64,000 nt of DNA. Source: Amoebophrya sp. A120. Taxonomy: Eukaryota > Protista > Dinoflagellata. A model generated the notes under the pieces. The model worked only from the letters and a program-made list of their open reading frames with translations, did not search any database and had not been told where the DNA came from. Shown piece by piece: positions 21,452 through 32,959 of the stretch. A program made the translations under genes and the position numbers. The stretch's first letter is position 1. Each line of letters starts with the position of its first letter. The DNA is taken from NCBI GenBank assembly GCA_905178155.1, contig CAJINV010000011.1, positions 643,982-707,981 of the forward strand, written 5' to 3'.

Positions 21452-24176
21452 ATGGCATCGGCGCCCGTGGGAACTACGAGCAGCAGCTCATCTTCGAGCT
21501 CACGCAGCAAGAGTTTTCCCCTGCTGGTTCCATCGCGCACGGAGGCCAGCGTGAGTACGCTGATGCTTTTCTGGGAACAACCATCAGGTAGTCATGATGC
21601 CGGTAAAAATGGCACTTCTTCTGCTGCCATTCCAGAAAGTCTGGAACGTGTGGAACTTTTAAAACCATGTAAAACATCAAGTCTGGACGTGGACGAGGAA
21701 GCGATGGCAACATCAGCAGCTGCAACCACTGCTGGAGAGAACAACAACCCAGAGCAGAAAGCCACTACGGAAGTAGATGAATCCGCAGTCCATCCGGTAA
21801 CACTTTTGAAGATGAGAGAGGCCACGAGCACGACTTCGGTGGTGAAGAGCGTTTCAGTAACTTCCGCCATGAGGAACGCGGGGTACATTGGGTTCTACCA
21901 TCTTATTGCAGACGAAGACTACGAGGTCAGGTTCTACCCTTCGAGTGTTGATGGTGAGGACCTTGTAGTTGATGCAGCAACATCCTCTTCCTCCCGAAGT
22001 GGTCCTCCACCTGCAAAAAATCATTACACTTCCCTCCACCTCCGGACCCAAGCCCACTGTGAAGACCGGCCGCTCAAAAACGGGTATTTGCCCGGGAAGG
22101 TCGTGTCGCAGTGGTTGTCTCTGTTCGGCAGTCAAATTACGTACGGGACTTACGTTGGCTCGGAACACGCGTCTTTCAGCCAGTTCAAGAGACGGCGAGT
22201 CGAGGAACAAGCAGTGACGCGGGTGGAGCAGCAGGTTTCTGCCCAGATGAACCCTAGTTCCAGAGGAGCCACGGGTAGTTGCGGTGGTAACAGTTCCTCG
22301 TCTTTTTCTCCTACCTCCTGGGGCAGGTACTTGCAAGAAGCGTACTTCGCGCACAACAACAACACGAGCAGTAGCAGTAGCAGAATTTCACAGCTGGAAG
22401 ACAAAGCCACCCCAGCTGCTGAGGAAATCGAAAAGGAAAACGACACCATCAACATCGTGGAAAATAACGACCCTTCGGACAGCGATGTGCCCTACTTCTC
22501 CTCCGGGTCGGAGTACTACACCGCCTTGTCTTCCTCGGGGGAGGAGCGGGAGAACGAACCAAAAAGGCACGCAACCGATCGGGAGGGAAAACGTAGTGAC
22601 GATCCAACAGGACAAGAAGCAACTGGCATTACGGTCGAAAACCACCTCAAAAACGGAGGTACCACAGCAGCCGTCGCGAGAAGTGTCTCACCTCCTGTCG
22701 TTGCCTCTGGCGAGTCTGGCGTTCAAGGTAGTTCTAGCTCCACTTGTTCTCCCACCAGCACATCAACCAGCAACGCCACTGTCTTGCGACAAGCGACCAA
22801 ACCTGGCGGACACTTAGTAGACTGGATCTACGAGGTGAAGGGCGATTTTCTCTGGCTGGTCTTTCTGGACTCCGACCCAGATCTCGTTCTCGAGCTCTAC
22901 GCACTGGCCTGTTTCACGCTGCCGACGTTTTTGCCCCCGCCCACGTGCTTCGTGATCAACCCGGAACAACGGTTCTGTATTGATTTATTGCAACGACCAA
23001 ATATCAAAGCAGACCTTTCTAGTGCAGCAGCCAATGAGTCAGCATTGGCACTGTGGGGAAAGTGCAAGATGGTCCGGCGGTACGCGAAAGACCTGAGAAT
23101 CACGGTGAACAAACAGTTTTCCGCCTCCTTGAAAGCCTTGCAAAAGTACCACGCGGGCAAGGTCGTGGAAACAGACCAAAAGGTATCTACTTCCGGGAAA
23201 ACCGAAAACGAAAGTGAAGGAAGTGGAGGTGGAAGTAGTAGTGGGACCACTAGTACAACCGCAAGTAGTACTACAAATGCAGGATCAACACCGCCCACGT
23301 GGCTTAATGACGAGCTGATGGATCTGCTGACGAAGTTTCATCACGACGAACAAGAAAGAAAAAGAACCCCTAATACAACTGGTCCTCCTGCCCCGGACGA
23401 TCTCGTGGAGCAGTGTGTTTTTGAGTTTTGGGAAAACGACGAGCTCGTGGCACTGTGTGCGGGTTTTGCCGTCGGGAAAGCGTACCACGACTACAGCATG
23501 GCCACGCTGTATGGAAGCGTCAGAATCGAAATCGTCAAAGTTGAAATAGTTTTTGATGCATAAAATGCAACGCAAAAATTGCCTCTATTGCAGAGGACGC
23601 AAGGGATGCAGATTGTAAGCCTGTTGAGGGGTAGGAATTGAGCTGCTAAAGTAGCATGACAAAAGGCGTCTTCCTTACCCAAACAGCATTAGTTCTACAC
23701 AAATTTGTCATGCGCAACCTGAAAACTAGGCGCCAACTGGTATCCCTTTTATGCATCACAAATTATTTCAACTTTGAGGATTTCGATTCTGACACTCCCA
23801 TACGCTGAAGAGGGACAAGCGGTCCTTGGGCGCGATTGCCAGCAAGGTGGTCGGGCACTTACTGCAGAAAACGGGGTTTGAAATTTGGTACTGGGGCTGC
23901 AAAATTGGCTACATGAACGACTACGCCAAGTACGGGGGCCGCGACTTCGGACGAGCGGAGTTTAAGAAGCGGTGGTTGGAAGCGTCTTCGAAGTCGTTTT
24001 CGACGTATAGTAGTAGTAGTAGTGCTGCCCCCGGTGTTGAGGAGTCTTCCTGTTCCTCTCATCTTTCATCTCGCGTACAGGAAGAGAGTTGCAGTTCGCT
24101 AGACGCCGTGATGCGAGTCTTGAAGGCCGGGCAGGGGTTGGTGGCTCTGAAAGAGGAGGATTCTGGGATGAAGTAG
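21452..24176 (+). CDS. leucyl/phenylalanyl-tRNA--protein transferase-like (Aat/ATEL-like) protein with long N-terminal extension, 2 exons
   Basis: LELYALACF..., LRITVNKQF, FEFWENDELVALCAGFAVGKAYHDYSMATL; after removal of 23510-23807 it continues KRDKRSLGAIASKVVGHLLQKTGFEIWYWGCKIGYMNDY..GG..FGRAEF..RW. This is the motif order of L/F-transferase-family proteins. Confidence 0.65.
23510..23802. mobile_element. introner-like element
   Basis: tatggaagcgtcagaatcgaaatcgtcaaagttgaaata ... tatttcaactttgaggatttcgattctgacactcccata; DR CGCTG. Confidence 0.9.
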
Positions 24177-24799
24177 GATCGCGATTTGAAAGTTTTCGAC
24201 AAAAAATAAAAACGCACAAAACACGAACAGAAATAATCACATGATAGTACGCAGCTACGTAGTTGAAACGTCATCGAGGTGGATTTCGCAGAGGCGCCGT
24301 ATGATGGCCCTTCGTGCGCTTACTTTCTTGATTCCAAATTCGTTGCAGTGGCGTTGCAGACATGAATCACTCGTCGTAAAAATTGTCGATCTGAAATTTT
24401 TTCATGTATCTGTTTTGTTGAATCGTGCGAATCGCTTTCATGGACGTGTGTCGTTGTCTCGTTCATGTTCGGTTCGTCTTCGTTCTTCTTCGTGGAGATG
24501 ACAACACTTCGTTCTCGTTCAGACCGTGCCAGAACCGTGGCTCAGCTCCGTTCGTTCGTTCGTTCGTTCGTCCGTCGTGATGGTTTTTTTTGCTGCGTCC
24601 GCAGATAAGTTGGTACTAGCTTGTGATTTTGTTTGACTCATTGGCTTATCGTTTTCATCTCCGCAGGTACTTCACAAGGAAAGGTTGACCAAATACTTTG
24701 TCGTGGAGCTCCTACCCGTAATTATGTATCTAAATTGATTTCAAAGCGATCAGTATCTCCCAGTAAAAAAGACCTGCTTGTTGATTTTCGTCCACCAAA

Positions 24800-26830
24800 A
24801 TGTTGCAGTTTTTCCGTGTGGCGTTCATTTCTCTATCGACGAGGCTTTTCTTCGGCACGCAACTCTCGACACCCGTCTCCGCGGTCGGCTTGGACCTTCG
24901 TCGTCAGCGTCTGCGGTTAGAGGCGGAGCGCAGGGAGCGAGCGGAAAGGGAAAAGAAAGGAGGTGTGTCCCCGAGCAGTTATGTGGAGAAGGCAAACCGC
25001 TCTTTGCTACGCAAGGGACGGGAGAACAAAATGATCCTCGCGAGTAAGCGTGCGGAGCAGGAGGAACAAAAAGTGCAGACAGGAACGGCAGCCGACGGAT
25101 CCGGCACCGGGAAAAAGGACAAGGACGAAGGGGAAAACAAGACGAACGTGCTGCTCATCGAGGGCTTCGTCATTATCGCTGTCTTCACCATCGCCTGCAT
25201 CGTCATTTACGTCGTGTGTTGCCGGAAGGGCGCGCAGGACCCGAAGCCCAACAAGGGCAAGGGGCAAGCGCTCTTCCCACCGGACGCGACGCGCGCCAAG
25301 CGGAAGCAGGTGGTGGAACAGATGGAGCGGGAAAACCAACTGAACGCACTCATCGACACGCGGAACCAGCTGGCGGCCGGTGGACAGCAGCGCCCGTTGT
25401 TGCTGCAACGGGGCCCAAGTGTGAAGGTGGAGCACCCGCCCTCCGCGATGGTGAATGACTTTCTCAAGGACGAGCCCAAGTCGGGGGCCGGGGTGAATAC
25501 TTCTACCGTCGGCACGACGGACCCACGAAATTCCGTTACCATCCCGGCCAGCGCGAACGAGCCGCCTTCGAGCGGCGGCGGCTTGTTTGATTCCTTGCTA
25601 AGTGGGAAGCCCAAGCCCGCGAAGAAGCGGAAAACGGAAGACGGAGCGGCTGTCACGACAGAAGCGGTCGTCGCCGACGCAATCGGGTCGGTCGGAAACG
25701 TGGCGCGCGTCTCCGGTGTCTCTACCGCAACCTTCGCGAGCAGTGCGGGTGCGGCTGCTGCGGGGACTGCTGCTGCTGGTACAACGTCTACCGGCCGTGT
25801 GTCCGCGCAATCTGCCACGGGATCTGCAACGGCTGCTGGCCGGGCGTCCGCGCAATCAGGCGGCTCGGGTACTGCAGGAGCACAACTACCGCGCGGCCCG
25901 TCCATGACGGTGAAGCAGGTTGATGTGGTGCAGCAGATTGGAGCGTCGTCGCAAATGGCCAGTCAGCCGCGCGTGTCTAATTCCGTGGCGGGCATTGCCG
26001 TCCGCGCAAGCCAGCAGGCCGCCAGCACTACCACCGGGCCGTTTCCCGGCACCTCCTACGCGAACCTGTCCTACAGCTCCATCTATGCATTGCAAAAGTA
26101 TCGTACTCGTATAAATGCATTACAAATTTTCTCAGCATGAGAAATAAAATTTGTCATGCGGATGCACCTTAGGAAAAAAATTTGTAATGCATGACTGCAA
26201 TTACAACGAGTGCGATACTTTTGCACAGGATACCATCAAGATGCAGGGGATCGGGGCCACCGCAGCGCACGCGCTGCAACCCAGCGCGTATCCTGAGTAA
26301 AAACGTACCCACCCCAGAGTTGTCATGCAAATGCGCAATGACAGGAACATTTGTAATGCGCAGCTCCATGAGAGGCATTATCAGTCGTGTTTTGGAATTT
26401 GTAATGCTGTAAAAAGGATGAGACACTGGCTTTCTCGTGCGGCTTCCCTTGCCAGCCAGCACTACACTGCAGAGAGAAGCTTGTCATGCACAGCTCCCAA
26501 AACTTGGAGATTTGTGTTGCTAGATTCCCAACTTAACTATGGGGTGGAGACGTTTTGGCTTAGGATAGCGCGCAGTCGCAGTTCAGCAGCCCGGGAACTT
26601 CGGTTGTTGGTGTTGCCAGCGGCGGCCCGCAGTTGCTGAACTTGGGGGCGAGTCAGCGGGCGTCGCAGCAGGCGTCGTCGCAGCAAGGAACCGGTGGTAT
26701 TGCGGCGAGTCAGCGGGGGTCGCAGCAAGGAGTCGGTCCTGCGGCGAGTCAGCGAGCGTCGCAACAGGCGTCGCAGCCAGGAGTCGGTCCTGTGGCGAGC
26801 AAGCGGGCGTCCAAAAAGAGCGTGCAGTAA
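24800..26830 (+). CDS. hypothetical single-pass membrane protein, Ala/Ser/Gln-rich cytoplasmic tail, 3 exons
   Basis: Hydrophobic N-terminus; TM segment VLLIEGFVIIAVFTIACIVIYVVCC followed by RK. Exons 24800-26083, 26238-26288 and 26573-26830 are in frame; ASQRASQQ repeats at the C-terminus. Confidence 0.75.
26084..26232. mobile_element. introner-like element, family C (149 bp)
   Basis: tatgcattgcaaaagtatcgtactcgt ... acgagtgcgatacttttgcacaggata; DR CCATC. Confidence 0.9.
26289..26567. mobile_element. introner-like element, family B
   Basis: tatcctgagtaaaaacgtacccacccc ... ggggtggagacgttttggcttaggata; DR GCGCG. Confidence 0.9.
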
Positions 26831-28458
26831 GGAGTTGGGCAACTACGATTGGTTGCTCGCACACAGCTCCGGTCGTGGGCTAATCCGTGTTTTTTCGTTT
26901 TCAAATTTACCTTTTCCGCAAAACAAAAACTTTTTAATAAAATAAAATAAAAAGCCTGTTTGCAGCAGTTCTTACTAGCAAACGCAATCGAAAATACTAC
27001 CCGGACTTTCATCACCACTTTATATGCTTTTGTACATCTCATCACCTAACTTTTTTTCTCACATGAGTTTTAGAAATTAATTGAACCAGAGAGAGATTGT
27101 TAGTGCAATTTCGCGTATCCTGCCCATGTACCCCATGGAAGGGAGCGCGGAAGCAAAAAGCACAGCAAGCCCACCCACTCTCGTTAATTAACAGAATTAT
27201 ACGTCCCCCGATGAAGATGATTGTAATTGCTCAACTGCCGTAGGCGTTCTCTAGTAGCACTTTAGAGTTTGCACCATAAGGTCTTCTGTACCCCAGAGGA
27301 GCAAAGGCGTTTGAGAAATTGCAAAAGGAATCAACCAAAAGTAAACACCACTTCCCTCCTCCGTATCATTTTTTGCAAGAGCATCCACTGGAAATAAAGG
27401 TTTATTGTGCGCATTCCGTGGTTGAAATCTCTTTTGTTCTTCGCCTCCCCAAACAACTAAGTACATCCCTACGAGAGAAAAAAATATCAGTTTACACGAG
27501 CGTGTGCGTTATCGTTCTGTCGTTTTTTCGCTGCTGTGAGTGTGTGGAGTTTCTTTTGGAGCCAAAGAGAGTAGTATGAGTGCTTATGAGCGCTGCTCCT
27601 TAGTCTGCAAGTAACGTATGAGAGGTCCTCTCCCTTTCCTCTTCATCTTCCCGTTTACCCGAGAGAATGTTACAACCATCGGGCGAGTTTGTTTGTGCGT
27701 ATTTTTTCGTAGGTTTTTGACTTGACACCTTTACACACTTTGAGAGGACGTGAAAAAGAAAAGAAAATATGAACCAAGCTCTAGTACTGTCGTCAAGTTT
27801 CGTCTGCCATTGAGAGATTTGTTGGAAAGGCTTTGCAAAGCATCACGACCCGAGGGAAAGAAAAAACCGACTTAAACCACCAGAGTTGCATGTAGCAAAA
27901 CTAAAAACCAAAGCAGGAAATACTGGATAAAATTTTGAATTCACAATTTTGAAGAAACCTAATCAACAACCAATAGTGGAGCGTGATATATTGCAAAGCG
28001 TGATAAGATTCATCTGTGGGATAAAAAAACGTGAACTACACAACAAACCGTGGCACGACGAGCGCAATAAAAGAAACTCTAAATCTCCCAAAAACCCTAA
28101 CTATCAACCAAGTTGCTACGAATAAGATCTTGTGCCATCATCTTGAGGAGTTTAAGTGAATTTTGAAGAAGTTTTTATCGATATACAAGTTTGTCCACAC
28201 CACGACTTTCACTTCGTGGGAAATTACGGTATCAAGAAGTCGGGCGTCGAAAACTACAAAACCAACTCCGTTTCCAGCCAACAGAACACCAGGTGTACGA
28301 GGACATCATCGATCTCTCGGCGGATTTTGTTGACAAGAACATCTAGTACTCCGCTGCAAATTTGAATCCGTGCCGTCGTGGTCCTCACCAGAGCTTCTTC
28401 ACATCGAACCGGAGACCAACGTTAATATCCGTGTGACCTCATCGGACCAGCACACGAA

Positions 28459-29383
28459 ATGGATTCCCTCGCGGGTTTCTTGCAGGATTCGCTGACCAGC
28501 GCCCCATCCGCAACGAGCAGCGGCGACATGTCCGGCTTGGAGGACCTGCTGTTCGGCAGCGGCGGCAAGGGGAACAATCATGCGCAAAACGCCGGAGGGC
28601 CGCATCAGATTGGGGGTCCCCATGGTGGAAACCACCACGGAAACAACAACGCCCACCCGTCTGCTGGTGCGTCCTCCGACCACGACCTGGCGTCCATGTT
28701 TCTGAACGGCGACTGGTCGGGAAACGGGTCCGGGTCTGGAAACTCAAACTCGTTTTGGGAAAGCCTGGGGTTGATGTACTTGCTTTTTATAAATGTTTAT
28801 CTGATTATTTTTTGCAAGAAAAAAATCTTCGCATGGTGCTGTTGCGGGTGCATAACACAGAGCATGTGTTTCCACTGCATGGTGTGCATGACAGACAGTA
28901 ATGGATGATTTTACAACTGTTTATAGTATCGCCAAATTTTTCATTCAAAACACCAGGGGCAGCGACTCCGGTAGCAGTTCGGCGCACAACAGTTACAACA
29001 ACGCGGGCGACAATTCGCACCACAACCCGCATCCCAACGGCAGGTACCACCAGGGGCCGCAGCACCACCAGCCGAACCACCACAACAACCAGCGCAACTG
29101 GAACAACAACATGTCGGACTTTCACAACAACAAGCCGGCCTTGCCAGCCGTGTCCTCGACCCTGACCGCTTTGCTGGGCAGTTTGAACAACGCGCAGAAC
29201 AACGCGCAAAACAACAAGTCGCGGGATCGCGTCGAGCAGCTGATGGTGTTGCGTCGGGTGGAAGACTCCATGCGCAAGGGCGGAGCCACCGATGAGCAGA
29301 TCGCGTCCGCATTGGAGGCCATGTTGTGGAAGGATTTAGGTATAGATGGTTTCCTATTTGACTTTAGTTTTGATGTGTATTGA
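28459..29383 (+). CDS. hypothetical Asn/His/Gly-rich low-complexity protein, 2 exons
   Basis: A predicted GT-AG intron 28770-28956 joins ...WESLG to GSDSGSSSAHN in frame. The 3' end is uncertain. Confidence 0.55.
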
Positions 29384-30723
29384 TCATGAGTAGATATTGA
29401 TGATGTGAATACGATTAATCGCGCGCCGGCCCTGCGAAAAGCAAAATGTTGTCACGTAGTGTTTTTATCTCGCGACGAGCCTGCCCGCTTTCATTTTCTA
29501 CGGCGCTTTTCGACGCTATGAGGCAGCTTCTTTGTTTTCTGGCGCCAAGGAGATAGATACAGCAACGCGCCCATAGTAGGTTGTGTTCCTTCTCGTCGCG
29601 CGTTGCTGTAGCACTTCTTTTTAAAAGATCTTCCTGCGCCTTTTTAGTTGTTTTTCCCAGTATGAAAATTGTCGCTCCATGTGTTCACTTGCTTCCGCGT
29701 AAAATAAACTGTACTGCCCTTCATAGAAGACCGCCATCTCTAATTTAAGCGCACTGCATCTCGAAACGAGGACAATATATAAAACTACGCACGGTTGAAA
29801 ATACCTCCAAAGTGCTATCGACGAGAGATATGTATTCATTGACAATCAAGGATCGACTTAGTGTGTCACTCGCCATACAGCCCTGTTTTCTCGATTTTAG
29901 TGTGTTGTCTTTAAAGGTCAAAATACACTTTGGCTCGCGGAGAGTAACTACGGCATTTTCCTTAATTTAGTCAGATCGAGTAGATTGTTTTTGAAATGAT
30001 CGAAATAAAGAACGCAGAAGTTGATTTTCATCTTCAGCGCTCTTTCCGGATGTTCTTCTGTAGCAGACTAAAAGTCGCTCGTTCGGATAAAAACAGCACT
30101 CTCTTTGACGTTTCTTTTGTTTCCCACATCTTTTCATTTTTTCGTCTTTTGGTATTGAAACTGTTTCGCACTGTTAAAACGATGTAGCAGTGAAGGAGTG
30201 AAACTCGTCAAAGTCACGTAGTTTTAGAACTGACAGATTGATAATTTTGTCTCGAGAAGAACCGGCAGCACCAGCTTCGGTGTCCTCTTAAGTAATTACC
30301 CTTTGAAGTATTCGTATTCCAGCCTTTTGCTCGCTCTCGCTTCCAGTTGCTGTCTTTGTAGCAATTGTGAGAGTTCTTTTTGTCGTCCTCGCTATTTCAT
30401 CTTTTTGGGCATAACACCGGCCCGAAAAAAACCCGAGAGTACTGCTGTTTTCTCGCGTTCAATAAATATTGTACATTCATCAGCATCTCGCCGTAGAAGT
30501 AAGTTTCCGCACGACAAATTGGAAAGCGAAAATCGCATTATCGAAAGCAGAGTGTACACGAGTTGCTTCGTCAGACACCGTGACTGAATAGTACACACGA
30601 CGCTGAGTTGTTTCATTGCGCCCATCAATTATACGCGACCCTCGTCGAGAATACTCTTGTGCTTCTCGGCCGCGTTTTACGTAAAAATTATCGTACCTTT
30701 CTACCCAATTTTTCATCCTTGAA

Positions 30724-31606
30724 ATGTTTTTCTTCAACTGGAAAGGCGCCATGAAGGGCGGCGGCTACGGCCCGGACCGCGGCGGACCGCGCGGCATGAT
30801 GGGGAGCCACCGCGGCGGCTACCACAACGGCCCGTACGGTATGGATTCCGGGGACCGCTGGGGCTCCGGCCCGACCTGCCCGCCCGCGGACGTGGCCATC
30901 CCGGGGACCGACCGTCACTGCTACACCTGCGCGCGCACCTTTGACTACCGCAGAACGCACTGCGACTCGTGCCGAGCGCCGTTGTCAGTCGTGGACTCGA
31001 AGCAGAACAACTGGGAATGCCGTATTTGATGTGACATAATTTTTGCAATAAAATTTGTGATGCATAAAACTGATGATGATGTTCATTATTTGTGATGCAT
31101 AAAGGACTGTTCTCATGCTGTGCAAAAAAACACGACCCCGAATCAAATTACAGCCTGCGGTCAGCCGAACTGGTTGTGGCGCAAGACGTGCCGGCGGTGC
31201 TTGAAGCCCAGAGCACAGGGTGAGGAGAGGCTCGACCGTCCGCCAGCGCCGGCCGAGGTCATCGTGATCAAGAAGGAAGAGTTGCAACAGGTCGCGAGGT
31301 ATGGATTGCAAAAGCAGCGCACTGCTCGTACTGGTTATACGATATTTATTTTGCATAGCAGATTGTTCCATCTCGTGCCTTTTACTTACTACCCAAAACT
31401 GCATGTGACTTTTGTTTGTCATGCTAGTTTACGCTAGAGGCGTTGCTTTTGCAATGCATACCTTGAAGCTGGACGAGCGGCCGATCTGGAATATGGAGAT
31501 GAAATTGCACAAACCTGAGGCTTGGGAACGCAACCATCTTAAACGCATTTTAGAAATCCTGGAATGCTTCTGTTTTCGGCATGAATTCACTCCGGACAAC
31601 AAATGA
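30724..31606 (+). CDS. RanBP2-type zinc-finger / RGG protein, at least 3 exons
   Basis: RGG-rich N-terminus; DRHCYTC..RRTHCDSC; after intron 31022-31153, NWECPCGQPNWLWRKTCRRC. A second insertion lies at 31300-31460, and the 3' end is uncertain. Confidence 0.7.
31022..31153 (+). other. GT-AG intron with residual terminal inverted repeat
   Basis: tgcc|GTATTTGAT...ATCAAATTACAG|cctgc restores W-E-C-P-C of the zinc finger; internal tgtgatgc motifs as in the introners. Confidence 0.75.
31300..31460. mobile_element. introner-like element (family C-related) without matching direct repeat
   Basis: TIR tatggattgcaaaagcagcgc / gcgttgcttttgcaatgcata; flanks CGAGG vs CCTTG. Confidence 0.75.
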
Positions 31607-32790
31607 TCTATGCGACGTTCCTCTAACGTGAAAGTGAAAAGTAAGATACTTCTCTGCGGAAAGATTTGATTGTGCCTGTACGTAGTGCCACTTGCAGAAT
31701 CATTTCACCACAAGCATGAGGTCTAATTCAGGAGGTGCGTTGCCAAGCCTGAATCTTCCAGTAGCATAAAATACCACAACGTACCGAAGACTACCCCGGC
31801 CAAGCGGGCAATCATGAAGCCACCACCGCAGGTCCTGCCGCCGCCGAGCAAGAGCAAGGTATAAAGTGCATGCGCAAGTTGTCAGTGTGTGTTTTTTCTG
31901 CATGACAGATCCTAATATGCTTTTTGTGAAGCATAAGAAGTTCTTCCATGCATCATGTCAAAATTAAACACATCGCATCAACATCACCAAACAGGGTGGA
32001 GAGTCATCGTCTAGTTGCAGTGCTATCCAATGAAATGGAGGCAGGTAAATCCGAGACAAGAGTTTGTCTTTTATATGCATCTTCATAAGCATGAAAAGTA
32101 GAAGATGTAGCACTTAGCCATTTTTGGATTATATGCAAGACAAATTCTGGCTCGGAACTACCTTTATTTCTTCAAGCCCATACCTGCCGCCGAGGATCCG
32201 GAAGTCCAGGAGGAGCTCCGAGCGTGGCTCACGGGTGCTGGGGACGGGCAGGATGAGGGGATGACGGCTGCTACGGACTGTGCCAGCAAGGAGGTATCTG
32301 CGAGTGAGACCAGTCACCAGATCAGCCCCCAGCAGAAGTATGGAATAAAGTGATGGAGTTGTTTCTAGTTCTTCCGATCAAGTTTGCCATGGACCGGATA
32401 CTTGTTCTTGCATAGGGGACGAGATTTTTTAAGTCACCGTATAAATATGCAATTTAAGTAAATTTATTTTTGCGCATGTAGTGCTACTTGTACTTGGAAA
32501 ACTTGACGGAACTAGAGGCTCTTCGTCTTTGCCTGTGATGACAAACAGGATTCCGTGTGCGGACACAGTTCCAGAAGCTGTATAAAAATTTTCACATGAT
32601 TTGATGTTTGGTGTTGTTGCATGAACATTTAATTTTTTGACTTCTCCATGACAGAGTCAGTCTCATAGTGATGCTCTTCATGCTCTACGCCTGAGAGAGA
32701 GAAAAAATGAAAAATGACTCTCAACAGCCACGGAGGGGAAGCAGGAGGCGAGCTCACCGGAGTTGACAAAGGAAGTGGATGTGGGGGAGG

Positions 32791-32959
32791 TATGTAGTGC
32801 AAAAATCGTATCAAAACAAGACCTCTTGTATTATGTGCATGAGCAGCTGCAGCACGATATGTCTTTGTCATGCGATAGCGACTAAGGTCATGCGAAGAAG
32901 GATATGCAAGGTGCAATACAAAGGTCGTGACCATGATGACGCGATTTTTCCTTTCCATA
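32791..32959. mobile_element. degenerate introner-like element inside a possible GT-AG intron (32790-32963); host gene unclear
   Basis: tatgtagtgcaaaaatcg ... cgatttttcctttccata with internal tgtcatgc; context gggag|GTATGT...ccatacTAG|c. Confidence 0.5.

Noticed and set aside
24550-24570. (GTTC)n microsatellite upstream of the 24800 gene
   Set aside because: Short simple repeat with no evidence of function.
32114-32127. tagccatttttgg as a spliced-leader relic
   Set aside because: It lacks the GCTCAAG end and has no supporting position; a chance match is likely.
31700-32350. Possible further exons (KPPPQVLPPPSKSK; QILARNYLYFFKP...) with GT-AG-like sites at 31859 and 32045
   Set aside because: I could not build a consistent open frame linking them to the zinc-finger gene; transcript data are needed.
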